Below, piece by piece: positions 23,304-36,909 of a stretch of DNA of 64,000 nt; the stretch's first letter is position 1, and each line of letters starts with the position of its first letter. The translations under genes were made by a program, and so were the position numbers. The notes beneath the pieces are model-generated. The model did no database searches, was not told the origin of the DNA, and saw nothing but the letters and a program-made list of their open reading frames with translations. Origin of the DNA: Lama glama (lineage: Eukaryota); NCBI GenBank assembly GCA_028534125.1, contig CM052817.1:27592001-27656000 (forward strand), in the 5' to 3' direction.

Positions 23304-25559
23304 AAAATAGCAATAACATCATTAAATAGATGCTCTGAGGTACTCATTCTCTTTACTTATTGGAGTGACAAGACAAAATATAGAAAGAGAAATCTGAAGA
23401 AGGAATTGAACTCAAAAAATGATATCCTATGCTATGTTCAAGAAGTAGAACAGAAGTTTCCAGGCTCTGGGTGTAAGCAGGCACTGGCAGGCAGGAGTTT
23501 GGCTCATTTCCGGTAATGGATCTGCAAGTGCTCCATGCACAGTCCGGTATTGGAGTCAGACTCACTGCGTGAACTTAGCACACACCCTTCTACAGGAGAC
23601 TGAAACTAGCCTCTTCCGTTTGTTACCTGAAGCTCTGTCCTGTAGTACGATGTAGGGTAGGGAGGCAAGAGGACAAACAGGAACTGAAACCTGCTGTTTG
23701 CTGGCTTGGAGACTGGACTGAGGGGTAGGAATTTTGAATTGGCAGTGTGGATCTGGTTCAGGACAGAAGAGTCAGATTGTATCTGAGCACTGGCGTCTGA
23801 GGAGGAGAGTGAAAGGGTATGTCCTATTCAGAATAAAATTGCAAATTCTAAAATTTAAAAGTACATGAAGGATCATATTGCTATATATATATATATATAT
23901 ATGTATCAAATCAACATGTTATACACTTTAAGCTTACAGAACATTGTATGTCAATTATATCTCAATAAAAAATGCACAAAGAATCCTAATGCTAAGAAAG
24001 CCAACAAAATCAACAATCAAATGTGAATTAACTCCAAATGATATTAAAATAACAGCTTTGAAAGTTTAAAATCCTTATAAGAATAAATGAAGTACTCATA
24101 TTTTGAAACACAAACTGGCAGAAATAAAAGCAGAACAAATATATCTGGAAAAGAGCCAGCTAGAGATCTTAGTAATGAAACTGTAGTCACTAAAATAAGA
24201 ATTTAATAGATTAAATAGCCATAGTCAAGTAGAGAATTAGTAAATTGAAATTTACCCTGAATGTGCACAGGAAAAGCAAGAAGATTTTCCGAAAAACTGA
24301 AAAAGCTTTTAAAAGGCATGAAGCTCTAGCCTATTTGATAGGCATTTCAGAGAGAGAATAGAGAACTGGTGGAGAAATATATAAAGAGATAATAGATGAA
24401 GATTTTTCAGAATTTGAGAAAAATAATTTTCAGATCAAAAGTGTACTTTGAGTACTAAACAGGATGAATGAAAAGAAATATACAGATTTCAAACCAAAAC
24501 AAGAAATAACCCAACTTAAGAGCTTTCAAAGAGAAAAGTCAGACTTCTGTTTTGTTGCTCTTTTGAAGTAGACTTCTTATCTGCAGCAATATGTGGAAGT
24601 TAAGGGAGGAGTGATTTAGAGTAACATCCATGAATGGGCAAGAGGAAAAGTAAATGTTACCCTAGCATTTAATACTGGTCTAAATAATCATTCTTGAGGA
24701 AAGGCAAAATAAAGACATTGCACATATGTAAAGAAGACTATCATTTACTATTAACCTACCTTCATTAAAAAATAAACAAAACCAAATCTATATTTCTATA
24801 AGATGCAGAGTAAACCCAGAGGGAAAGAAGGGCTAGGGTATAAAAGAGACAATGAAGAGCAAGAAATGGATAAAATGTACTGGTAAAGCTAATTACTGGT
24901 AATAAAATAATAAACTTTTTATATTAAATGCTAAAATTTTAATCATGAGTAGTAAGATGGAAGTTTTCCGTGGTTAAAGGTTTTTTTCTTGTCAGAGGAA
25001 GGAAGAGATGGTGAATAACTTAACGGATGGTTAGAACGATTTACCAAGGAAAGTATGTTATGTTAAATTTCTAAGTGGAATCATTAAAACAATAGAAATA
25101 TAATCTTGTACATTCAAAATTAGCATGAGGGTGGGGTGGGAGGAGGATACAGAAAACTATCAATCTAACAGTTGGCAAGAAAGGCAAAATGAATATAAAA
25201 ACAAAGAAAAAAACTGAAGACCATCAGGTGGCAGAAGTCTAAATCAGGTAATTAAATCTGTCAGATTTCATGGTATTACATATCCAAGGTTTGACACTTG
25301 GATGGGTGTTGAATTTTATTAAATGCTTTTTGTTTAGCTTCTGAAATGATTCTAGTTTTTCTCCTTTAATCTATTATTGAGGGGAATTAATAGCTTTTCT
25401 AATATTTAACTACGCTTTCATTCCTTGGATAAATCTAACATGGTCCTTGGTATGTTACCCTTTTTATACATTATCAGATTATTAGATAATATTAATTAAA
25501 TGTATAGGTTTGTATGAATGCAACTGTTTAATATAACTTTTTAAAAATAAACTTTACAG

Positions 25560-25622
25560 CAGAAAATATTGGTGCAGAACTGAAAGCTCCGCTTATTAAG
25601 CAGGAACCTCTCCAAGTAAGAG
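25560..25622 (+). CDS. SLC30A9: SLC30A9 coding exon 3
   Basis: ttacag|C...AGAG|gtaaat; (A)ENIGAELKAPLIKQEPLQVR; 63 nt. Confidence 0.94.
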
Positions 25623-26094
25623 GTAAATATATTCTATTCTATTTTTATTATAATATTTTGAATTAAATATATAAAATTAGTTTATTTAGAGCCCTTTACA
25701 GTTACATTATTCTGAGTGTATATTCATTTTTACTTTTCTTTAATATATTGACCATAAGGATTTATTTTATTTATAAGCTAATTTTCTGCTGAAGTTTACT
25801 TTATATTTTGGGCATAAATTTTGTGGTAATTGTGTTTTCAAAAGCCCAAAGGAGTAGTGGCAAATAAAATCATTAATTGCTTTGTCATTTTTTGAAGAGT
25901 AATACGATTAAAGAACAAGAGGCCAACACCTATAGCTTGTTCAAATTCAGGTAGAGTTTGGACATTCTTGTCTGATTTCCTTTTCTGGGAGAAATTGGGT
26001 GATGAAGGAGCTTGTTTGCATCTCTTTTCTTTATAATGGGCTATGGCTCCCATCTCCAAAGTGCATGTTTCATGGAGGTCCTAGTTCTGTGATT

Positions 26095-26310
26095 AGGAGC
26101 ACCATGGCTTTGGTGTCACACAGAAGTGGATTCACTTTGTAGCTCCAGCACATACTAGCTATATGGCTTTGGGCAGTTTTCTTGACTTCTCTGAGCCGTA
26201 GTTTCCTCCTCTCTAAGAGGGTCCTAAAACTGGGGCTTCTTTTCTAGGATAACTTTAGAGATGATACATAGTATATAGTCACAATTAAGAATGATGTAAT
26301 GTGATAGCAG
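26095..26310 (+). mobile_element. MIR SINE
   Basis: ggctttggtgtcacacag...ctttgggcagttttcttgacttctctgagccgtagtttcctc, the MIR core. Confidence 0.65.
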
Positions 26311-27068
26311 TCATCATCAATCATCTGGGCCAGGACAGGCCAATAGGGATTTCTAGACACTTTGAAGAAATTATTAAAAAGTAATTTATAAAAAAAAACC
26401 TAATCTTTTAGAGAGAGATGTAGTCCTCCTCTCTGACCCAAAGGAGCTTATTTGGATTTAGAATTTTAGTACTATTAGGGTAAGGCAGTTTAGAGGCTTG
26501 AAACTCATGTAAAAATAAACCTGAACTTCCTTATATGCCCACATAAGAAATAATAATGGTCTAGTATATATACAGATTATTATATGTAACTGAAATAAAA
26601 GTTTTCACAGAAGTTGCTTATTCATTGTATGTGGTACTCTTTGATTACTTTCTATTTTTTATGAAATGCTGGTTTCACTAATGTTTGGAAAACACTGAAC
26701 CAGCATGTAATTCTTCTTTGAAACTTCAGTTTATTTTCGTTTAGGCCCTAAGCAATTTAAATTGTGTTGGTATAATTTAAACAGACCAGTAATACCTATA
26801 CAAGGTGTTCATTAGACAGAGGGTTGACATTTTGGCATCAGTTTCAGATGCACTGTGGTGATAAAAGCTGAGTGGTTACAAGTATAATTCTGTTCTATTC
26901 TGTACTTGGAGAACTTTTTTCTTTCTAATGCCATTTAGTGCATCAGGGAAAACATAAATTTTGTATGAAATTCATTGGCAGACCTTCTTAAAAATCAGCC
27001 TGTGTTCATCTTCAAGTGTGTCTTCCAATGTGAGTAGTTGGTATATTTTCCTGTATTTTTGGTTTTAG

Positions 27069-27168
27069 TCAAAGCAGTCCTTAAGAAGAGGGAATATGGA
27101 CCAAAGTACACTCAGAATAACTTCATCACTGGAGTCAGAGCAATGAATGAGTTCTGCCTCAAATCCAG
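27069..27168 (+). CDS. SLC30A9: SLC30A9 coding exon 4 (start of XPA-like domain)
   Basis: ttttag|TC...CCAG|gtacag; (V)KAVLKKREYGPKYTQNNFITGVRAMNEFCLKS; 100 nt. Confidence 0.97.
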
Positions 27169-27437
27169 GTACAGTAATTTTTATTTTAATGTGTTAGTTT
27201 GCTCTATCTAATCTAAATAACTAGTTATTTCTTAGACTTTGTTACCTGCTACCATCCATGTGGAAACTTTACCATGGCTTCTTCCTAAATTGAAGAAATA
27301 CTTTCGTTAAGTTAAAAAGTTTTAGTTTACTAAATTGAATTCTGCTCCTGCCTGAGCAATGCCAGTCTTTCTTGGCTCCTATAACTCAAAAAGTCAGGTT
27401 CTTCATAATATTTATATCACACAAATAACTTACGGTA

Positions 27438-27562
27438 GGGAGGGTATAGCTCAGTGGTAGAGCGTATGCTTACCATGCAGGAGGTCCTGGGTTCAGTCCC
27501 CAGTACCTCCATTAAATAAACAAACAAACAAACAAACAAACCTAATTACTCCGCCCCCAAAA
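27438..27562 (+). mobile_element. tRNA-Ala-derived SINE (Vic-1-like)
   Basis: gggagggtatagctcagtggtagagcgtatgcttaccatgcaggaggtcctgggttcagtccccagtacctcca, then (AAAC)n and the family tail cctaattac. Confidence 0.9.
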
Positions 27563-28898
27563 GAACCTTAGGGGTTTAATTGTTATGTTAATATGTGGCA
27601 TAGTTATTTGCACAAATGCAAATAAGATTGTTTGCATATTTGTATAACTTTAAATTTTTATTTTTTTGGCTTGCAGAGTTGAGTAGTTATTTATATTTAT
27701 GTTCACACTGCAGCTGTAGTTTCTGTTGAGTATAAATTATTTTACCTCTTTCTGGTATCTTATTAATTTTCTTGTAATTAAAGAGATTTATTGAGATTCT
27801 TTTTACAAATTTAAACTCTTTCCCCCCTCTGTGTGTTTACCTAGAAAGGCTGTATTTATGTCAAAGATTTCTTGGCAATTTAGGCATCAGACAATCTAGT
27901 TTCCTCCCCTCAACCCCCTCATGGTCACATCTTCTATGATATAGTACCAAGAAATAAAGATTCCTATAATCAGTTTTTATAACTTACATAACTATTGAAA
28001 CAACGATTAATTATAATAAAGGTGTAAACCTATATTTTGTTTCACATGCAAAAACTTTGTGAATTAAGTAGCTTAGGTATTGCTGTCTGCACGTTATAGG
28101 CCAGGGAACATAATAAAGATGTTAGTGATGACCCAACTCATTCAGTGCGTCAGTGTCAGAGAAGGAACCAAAATACATATCTTTTGTTACCTGTTCCAGA
28201 CTTTCTTTACTAATGTGTCATGGTTGATTGTTGACCTATTTTAAACTCCAGGTTTAATTTCTGTAACTTAATACATTCCATAGTCACCAAATTTTTATTT
28301 ATAGGTCTTTTCATTGCTGTTACAAAATTCCTTAGGAAGACCAATGATCAAATTTAGAATGACTATTTAGCGGTGGCTTGATGAATATATAAACCTTTCA
28401 GAATTTAAGAGAAAGGAATATAATTAAATAGCATGAAATTGACATATACTCTTTATAACTTGATACCTATGAATGACATTATTACTTAGTATTAATCTGG
28501 ACATAAGTAAATGACTGCAAATATTAAATTTAAGTTCTTAAATAGAGGAATGATACTCTAATCCACGTTCTTTCCACTTTTCACTGTTTTCTTCATACAT
28601 CAGACATTGTAGAGGTGTGTCCATAGCAGATAAAATACAAGCACTGATAAAGGAATTTGCTCTATACATATTATGGTATCTATATTGAAAATCAAGAATA
28701 ATTCCTCGTTTTTCAACTGTCTCTAAACTACTTTCTGTGTACAAAATGTCACCTTTAAACTGATTTTTGCAGACTATACAAATTTAGTTTTTAAAATGAG
28801 AATCAGTGTAGTAGCTTTTATCTGCCCTTAATAATCCTTTGAAGTGCATAAACTATATGAATCTTGTCTGATTAAATTCAACATGTTTCTTTTTTCAG

Positions 28899-28991
28899 TG
28901 ATCTAGAACAACTTCGAAAAATCAGACGACGAAGTCCTCATGAAGACACTGAGTCCTTTACTGTATACTTGAGATCAGATGTGGAGGCAAA
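28899..28991 (+). CDS. SLC30A9: SLC30A9 coding exon 5
   Basis: tttcag|TG...CAAA|gtaaga; (S)DLEQLRKIRRRSPHEDTESFTVYLRSDVEA; 93 nt. Confidence 0.97.
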
Positions 28992-29342
28992 GTAAGAACA
29001 TAGTTCTTTTAGAATAAAAATACATGCTGAATTTGGGATTAATAAAAACAGATTGTAGACAGACTCAGAATTTTTAAATTGACATGTTTTTTATTTTTGC
29101 AGATTTATCTGGGAGTTACTAGTATGTACTAGGTAACTTAAAAAGGTTATAAGTTATGAGAAAATTTGCTATTGAATTTATTCTTATTGTTTAGATTTAA
29201 TTTAGAAAACCTTCTCAAGTGCTTTATATTTTTCCTGAAGAACCTTATGCTTTGTTGTTAGATTCTCATATAGTTGTAGTTATTTGGATTTAAATGTGAT
29301 TATAATAAAGTCATTGAAATTGTCATTTATTGGTGTACACAG

Positions 29343-29425
29343 ATCTTTGGAAGTTTGGGGAAGCCCTGAAGCTCTTGCCAGAGAGAAAAAACTTCGTAAG
29401 GAAGCAGAAATAGAATATAGAGAAA
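29343..29425 (+). CDS. SLC30A9: SLC30A9 coding exon 6
   Basis: cacag|AT...GAAA|gtaagt; (K)SLEVWGSPEALAREKKLRKEAEIEYRE; 83 nt. Confidence 0.97.
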
Positions 29426-29787
29426 GTAAGTTTTCTTAATTTAAAGCTGAGTGGTTGCCTACCTTTTGTCTTTGGCATTGTTCGTTCTAGCAAGTACCAG
29501 TTTTCATTTTGGAATTCAATTATTTTATAAAAAACAGTATCTATTTGTTTTCTCCTTTATAGCTTTTTAAAGATCATGAGATCAAGTGAAGCTAATTTGT
29601 GGTTCCTATAAGCATATGAATATTGAAACTTAGGGTCTGACTGAAGATTATACCTGTTCTTAAATTAAATCCTAGTTAAGGGGTCTTGGCCTCTTAGGAG
29701 AAGGAAACACTTGTTGATATCTTTATATTCACAGATATGCTAAAGAGAGCTGCACTTAAATTCCATAGGAATGAAATGTTTACTTTC

Positions 29788-31414
29788 TTTTTTTTTTAAT
29801 TTATTTTTTATTGAGGTAACGTTGGTTTATAACTTTATATGCTTCATGTGTACAACATTATATTTCTACTTTTGTTTACCCTACAGCATGCTTACCACCA
29901 AATATTTAATTTTTGTCTGTTACCATACAGTTGATCCATTGTACACATTCACCTTCCTCCCTGTCCCTTCCCCTCTAGTAACCATTACTCTGTTGTCTGT
30001 ATCTACATGTTTGGTTTGGTCTGGTCTGAATTGTTTGTTTATTTCATTTTTTGTTTGTTTGTTTTCTATATTCCACATATAAGTGAAATCATACAGTATT
30101 TGTCTTTTTCCATCTGACTTGTCTCACTTAGCAGATGGCAAGATTTCATCTTTTTTTTTTTATTGTTGATTAGTATTCCATTGAATAGAAATACCACATC
30201 TTCTTTATCCATGTATTCCCACTGTTCTTGGGTGCTTAGATTGTTTCTGTATCTTAGCTATTGTAAGTAATACTGCAATGAACATAGGGACGCATGTATT
30301 TTTTTTAATTAGCGTTTTCATATTCTTTGGAGAAATGCCCAGAAATGAGATAGCTGAATCATATGATAGTTATGTTCTTAATTTTTTGAGGAGTCTCCAT
30401 ACTGTTTTCCATAGTGGCTGCACCAACGTGCATTCCCATCTGTAGCGCATGATGGTTCCCTTTTCTCCACATCCTCATCAACAGTTGTTTTTTTCTTGCC
30501 TTTTTTTGACAGTAGCCATTCTGACAGGTGTGAGGTGATATCTCATTTTGGTTTTGATTTGTATTTCCTTAATAATTAGTGATGTTGAACATCTTTTCAT
30601 ATACCTATTGGTCATCTGTGTAGAAAAATGCCTGTTCAGCTACTCTGTCCACTTTTTGATTGGGTTGTTTTATTGTTGTTATGTGAGTGCTTTATGTGTT
30701 TTGGGTATTGACCTCTTATTAGATATTTAATTTGTAAATATCTTTTCCCATTCAGTAGATTGTTTTTTCATTTTATTGATCATTTCCTTTGCTGTGCAGG
30801 AGGTTTTTCATTTGATACAGTCCCATTTGTTTACTTTTGCTTTTGTTTCCCTTGTCTGAGGAGACATGTCTAGAAAGACATGTGAAGACTGATGTCAAAG
30901 AGTGTACTGCCTATGTTTTCTTTTAGGAGTTCCATGGTTTCAGGTCGTACATTCCAGTCTTTAATCCATTTTGAGTTGATTTTTGTGTATGATGTGAGAT
31001 CATGGTCTAGTTTCTTTCTTTCTTTCTTTCTTTCTTTTTTTTTTTTTTAACCTATAGCTGTCCAATTTTCCCAATACCATTATTTGAAGAGACTGTTCTT
31101 TCTCTATTATGTGTTCTTTGCTCCTTTGTCATAAATTAATTGTCCATAAATGCTTGGGTTTATTTCTGGGCTTTAAATTCTGTTCCATTGATCTATATAT
31201 CTGTTTCTCTGCCAATACCATGCTGTTTAGATTACTATGGCTTTGTAATGTTTGATATTAGGGAGTGTGATACCTCCAGCTTTATTCTTTTTTTCTCAGT
31301 ATTGCTTTGGCTAATTGGGGTCTTCTGTGGTTTCATGTAAGCTTTAGAATTTTTTTGTTCTATTTCTGTGAAAAATGTCCTTGGGGTTTGATAGAGCTGC
31401 ATTGAATCTCTAGC
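29788..31414 (-). mobile_element. 5'-truncated LINE-1 (ORF2 3' part + 3'UTR)
   Basis: Poly-T at the left end, antisense ORF2 remnants; TSD tgaaatgtttactttc (29772) / tgaaatatttactttc (31415). Confidence 0.92.
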
Positions 31415-33231
31415 TGAAATATTTACTTTCAATGAAAGAAATACATACTGGGGTCAGGTAGCCCCAGAATTTTGGTATCACTATTCAGTTAATGGCTTCC
31501 ACTGGGTTTCTATATAGGTAATACAGATGCTGATACAGGATATGATTAAATGTTATGCTAGTAGGGATAATCCACTGGGGAATTACATACTCATAGTACA
31601 GTTATAGTTCTGTTACTCTAGGGAGCTGAACAGTCATGTGGCAGCATTAAAGCAGAGATAGAGGTCTAGTATCTGCAAAAAATACACATATTTTTCTTTG
31701 TCAGTTGGGCTTTATTTAGGAGGATTTTGAATTCTTTATATTTCTAAGTTCTGCACAGGACCAAGGCTTAAAGGTGACAATATTTCCTTCTTCTAATGAA
31801 TTGGTTAAATTTCTAAGTGGGAATTGTGAGACGGCTGTGGTCAGTAGCCCAAGAAGAAAAGAGATAGAATTTCTTGAGAGTATGGGTGTCAGGTATCAAG
31901 AGGGAGATCAAGGAGAAGGGGAAGAACATTGAGAAAGCACATGCAAGAAAGGAAAGGACGAAGCAGGCAAGGTTGTGGTGCTCAAATTATTCCAGTGTTG
32001 GCTGGTGGAAACATCTCAAAATGGCTTTTAAGTCATTTTGTCATAATCCGGGTACTGTAGTAGCATCTTTGCTTTTAGGTACAATAAGATGTTTCAGGTT
32101 CATCTTGTCTGTTTCCTCCCCCAGATTGGAAATCAGCCATTTCTAAAAGGAACTCCTTTTCCTTTTAATAGGAAATGAAATTGAGAGACCTATCGGCATT
32201 AGAGGTTCTCATTTTTAATAGGTTGCTAAATTTTTAAGGTCTTTTCAGTGGACAGAGCTAGGAAATATTTATTGTTTCTTAAGAGAAAATATATTGGTTA
32301 TTCTGATAAACTTACAGGGTTTTTTTTGTCTTTGTTTTTATTTTTGTTTTTTTCTTTTTGTATCTCACATGGAAAACCTTATTTCTTAATTCATTAACAT
32401 AATTGTATTTTGGTTTGTTCATATATATACGCACACATAGAGAGAATTCAGTGTAGTTTCAGAATAACAGTATCAGTATTATTGCTATCAGGGTGATTTA
32501 AGATTTCTTTGTTTTTCTTTTTGTCTTTAATATATATTCCACTAGAGGTGTATAGTCAAATGTCTGTTTTAAAGTCACTTGTGATTTCTCTCTGTATGAA
32601 TAAACCAGCTAATATATAAAATTAGGTTCATTTGTTTCATTTTGCTTTTGATTTTTAGAAGTTTGATTTGTTTTTGTTTTATAATTTTGTAAAACATTTA
32701 TGTGATTCCAAAGTCACAGGCAGAATACTTCAGAGTTTAGCTTCCATCCTTGTCTCTCCACTCTGTTCCCTCCCCCTAGCATAGGTAACTGTTTAAAAAA
32801 TTAGTTTGGGGGTTATTTTTTCCATTTAAAAAGTATAATAAAATATCATACATGTTGCTAATTAATATCCCCTTCCTGGTTTTGGGTTTTTCTTTACTTG
32901 ATAATATGTTCTGGGAGCCTTCCATAGCAGGAAATAGAGCCATTTCATTTCTTTTATAATACTCTATTTTGAGGGGTACACTATATTATCATTCCCCCAA
33001 AGGTTATTTCCAGTCTTTTGCTGTTGAAATAATGGTACCATGAGTAGCCTTGTACTTACATTAAGTGAAATATTTAACATACAAAATTTGAGAAATCACA
33101 GTCATAAAATAATATTTTTCCTGTATTTTTAAACTTTGAGCTAAAAATGAAGAATTGGTTCTTATTTCAAGCTTAAATAACTCATTTTCTAGTTAATATT
33201 GAGAAAGGTGTCTTAGCAAACTGCCTTTATC

Positions 33232-34030
33232 TCATTGTAAAATACAACATAAAATTTATCGTTTTAACTGTTTTTAAGTGTACAGTTCAGAAGTGTTAAG
33301 TATATTCACATTATTATGAAACATCTCCAGAAATTTTTTTTTAGAACTTTTTTGCCTTACAAGACTGAAATTATGCATGTTAAACAATTTGCTTTTCCCC
33401 CTCCCCCTAGCCCCTAGTAATTACTAGGAGTCACAGAGTATTTGTCCTTTTGACTAAGTTATTTCACTTAGCATAATATCCTCAAGATTCATCCATGTGC
33501 GAGGATTTCCCTCCTTTTAAAGTCTAAATAATACTCCATTATATGTATTTACCACATTTTCTTTATCCGTTCATTCATCCGTGGGCATTTTGGTTGCTTT
33601 CACTTCTAGGCTATTGTGAATAGTGCTGCTATGAATTTGGATGTGAAAATATCTTTTTGAGACCCAGCTTTTTTTTTTCTTTTTTTTTGATATATATCCA
33701 GAAGTGAGATTGCTCAATCACGGTAGTTTTTAATTTTTTTGACGAACCTCCATATTGTTTTCCATGGCAGTTGCAGTATTTTATAATCCCACCAACATAC
33801 TTAGGATTTCTAGTTTCTCTATATCCTTGGCTACATGTTTTTTTTTTCTTGGTGGTTTTTTGTTTTGGGGTTTTTTTTTTTGATAGTAACCATTCTGATG
33901 GGTGTTAGGTGATACTTCCTGTGGTATTGATTTGCATTTCCCTGATACTTAGTGATATGAACATCTTTTCATATATTTCTTGGCCATTTGTATATCATCT
34001 TTGAACAATAGTCTGTTCAAGTCCTTTGCG
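33232..34030 (-). mobile_element. Older LINE-1 3' fragment
   Basis: atttcacttagcataatatcctcaagattcatccatg...gatttgcatttccctgatacttagtgatatgaacatcttttcat. Confidence 0.8.
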
Positions 34031-34196
34031 TATTTTTTAATCAGGTTGCAAATTCAGATTTCTTTTAATCTGATATTTTTGCTGGTAGCTAGTAGAAGAC
34101 TATTTAGCATAGTTTTAGAATAATAGTGTTCATCTAAAATGTGACTGATAAGACTAGGTATAAGCTAAATGAATGATGTAATTCTTTTTCTTACAG

Positions 34197-34255
34197 GGCT
34201 ATTTAGAAACCAAAAAATATTGAGAGAATATAGAGACTTTCTGGGAAATACAAAG
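34197..34255 (+). CDS. SLC30A9: SLC30A9 coding exon 7
   Basis: ttacag|GG...AAAG|gtaagg; (R)LFRNQKILREYRDFLGNTK; 59 nt. Confidence 0.97.
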
Positions 34256-36888
34256 GTAAGGGTATCTTTTTGATAATGTCATGTGTATATGTATTGCACA
34301 GCAAAATTCTATTATCAGTCCATTATGAAAGTCTAGCATGTCTGTGATCCTATTCCATGATTTTCTTAAGTAGATTGTAATTTACCGAATTAATCTATTT
34401 GCTTCTATCTGCTTTCCTTGAAATTAAAAAAATTGGGACATAAGTTCTCTTTGATACTTCTATAAACCATAAGTATATAGATATAGATGATTTATTTCTT
34501 AGTTTTTAGCAAGATTTAACTCTCTCATATACACCCTTAATTTCCTTTATTCTTTTTCCTTCTACTCTTTACCCTGGTTAAACATTCAAACTGCTAATTC
34601 TCTGAAGAAGCTCAGCCTTTAGGGGAGAAAACTGCACAGCCATTTTGCTTTTTATTTTTATAATGAGTATACAAAATCAGTGGACATTCAATATTTGGCA
34701 GTCTTACTAAACTTCCATAAGACATTCACTCTCCCATCCTGTGAGATACTTATTGCTTATTGCATACCTTTTCCTCTCTTCCCATACTTCCTATAAACTC
34801 ACTCTTCCCTCTTCAGCTGTCAACTTCATTTCATATTTTATTGAAAATACAGATCTGATCTAATAAAAATACCTTGTCTTTCTATCACCGAATTTAGTAC
34901 GTTATCTACAAGTGTGCCAGAATACTGTTTTCCTTCCTACCAAAGGAAAGTAATATTGGGACCAGTATAGAAAATTTGCCTTTACTATCCCACTTCTTAT
35001 TCTTTCCCATATCCTCTCCATTTGGGCTTTCATTCCCACCACTACATTGAAATGGCTTTTACCAAAGCCATCAACCACCTCCACAAGATGTCCAGAGTCA
35101 ATTTTGCATTTAAATTAGCTATAAGATGTCTCCTATCAAGAACTGAATGCCATATCTGGAGAAAAGGCTGGCTGTGCAAGTTGTCTCTTCTTCTAAGTTA
35201 AATTTGAGTCATTGCTTCCTTCTTGCAAAATGTAGAAATTAGCAATGATGATAACTGTAGTCCTGTTTTATTTGATATGCTTTTCTTTCCCATTCATTAT
35301 ATTCAAAACTCTTAACTTCCATTTCCCCTTTGAGCCCTATGTTTCTGGTACCCAAGTGTTGTCCTGGACTCTCTGTGTGTCTTGTGAGCCAGCATTTTAA
35401 TTTCTGTGCCTTGACAGCGCACTGCCACTACCTCTTGCTATGAAATAATTTAGGCCTGACACCTGCCTCCTGGGAAGATTTATTGCTAGCCTTATAACTC
35501 CATGTGAACATGAAGGATGATCCTCACCAGGTTTTGGAGTAGTAGCTGTTGACTTCTGAAATCTGTGTCACTCATCAGCCTTTAAATATTATAGGTTTTG
35601 AGTAAGATTTCTTTGTTTTATACTCTTTTTTTTTTTTTGGTAGTAATACAATAGACTTTAGTATTTAAAATCCTGCTGTTCCTGTATTCCTATTAGGAAC
35701 ACTCACTTTCCCACTACAGATGGTTGCTTTCCTTCTCTAAAATGTATGGGGCTAGTTCTGTTGGCTGAAATAAAAATACCTTCTTTACTTTTACTTCTTT
35801 TTTTTTCTTTCTGACCCAGATACTTTTTTTCCTGTTACATTTTTCTTTGCCTTGTTGGAACTCCAATAGTGAAATATATGAACTCACTATGTTCTGCGTT
35901 TGCCAGAAGCATTCTCTCATCAGAACAATTTCTAATTGATATCTTATTTCTCATTGTCCCTTTAATACATTTCCCCTTTAATATGTTTCTACTTTCTTGT
36001 GCTTTCCCTTACAATCCTAATTGTGTGAATTTTGGGGGATAGTCCTTCAGAGCATTAGAAGTACCTTCATCTCCAGTGGGAATGATATTGTCACCTTGAA
36101 ATGACCAGTAATACGTTGAGTATTTTCTGCTAATTTTCCTGGTAGTCCTTTCTGAAATCTATCCACATTTTCTGGGTTTTCCCCCCAATATTTAAAAATC
36201 TTACTTGTGAGAATTTCCAAACATATACAAAACTGGAAAAAATAAATATTTGATATACCTTTCATCTAATTTCAGTAATGGTCATTTTGGCCATTCTGAT
36301 CTTTAAAGAGCAGTTCTCCAGTTGCATTTATTGTGGAATTTGTGGGTGGCTTTGCTTTTCTGGATTTTCCTTCTCTTGCTGCTAGATTTCCTTGGTCCTT
36401 GTCACTATTTCACCTTTTCTGCGGCCTTTATCAGAGCAATTTGAGTTCAGTGAATCTCTTTTTCCTTATTATAATATTCTATTCTGGTTTAAAGATCTCA
36501 TTTCCCTTCCCTATCTGTCTTATTTATTCCATAAGTTTTCAGGACTTTCTTCTAAAGAAATCTTTCTCATCTTCCACCTTAAGCAGCATGTTTTCATTTA
36601 TTTGTATTCATTTTCTACTGTTCCTATAATAATTTCATTGAGTTTTTTCCTCTGCTCAAAGGATACGACATAGTCTCTTTGTAGTAAAACACATACACAC
36701 TGTTTTTTGTTTATCAGTAAACAGCAGGACTCAGGAATCTGGATCCTTGGTCAGAGTTTATAGTTTATAAATCTAACACTAAAGCTTGCAGCTCCCTCTT
36801 CTGCTCTGCTGTCCACAGGGAACTTAGGAGGTGCTCTTTAAATCCTGGCCTGCAGACTTGACTGCAAAACACTTAAAATGAGGGAAAA

Positions 36889-36909
36889 GAAGAAGAAGAA
36901 GAAGAAGAA
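36889..36909 (+). repeat. (GAA)7 microsatellite
   Basis: Read directly from the sequence. Confidence 0.9.

Noticed and set aside
27441..27511. Apparent tRNA-Ala gene (and similar copies elsewhere)
   Set aside because: Mutated anticodon and T loops, SINE-type tails, TSDs at several copies and multiple dispersed copies indicate SINEs, not tRNA genes
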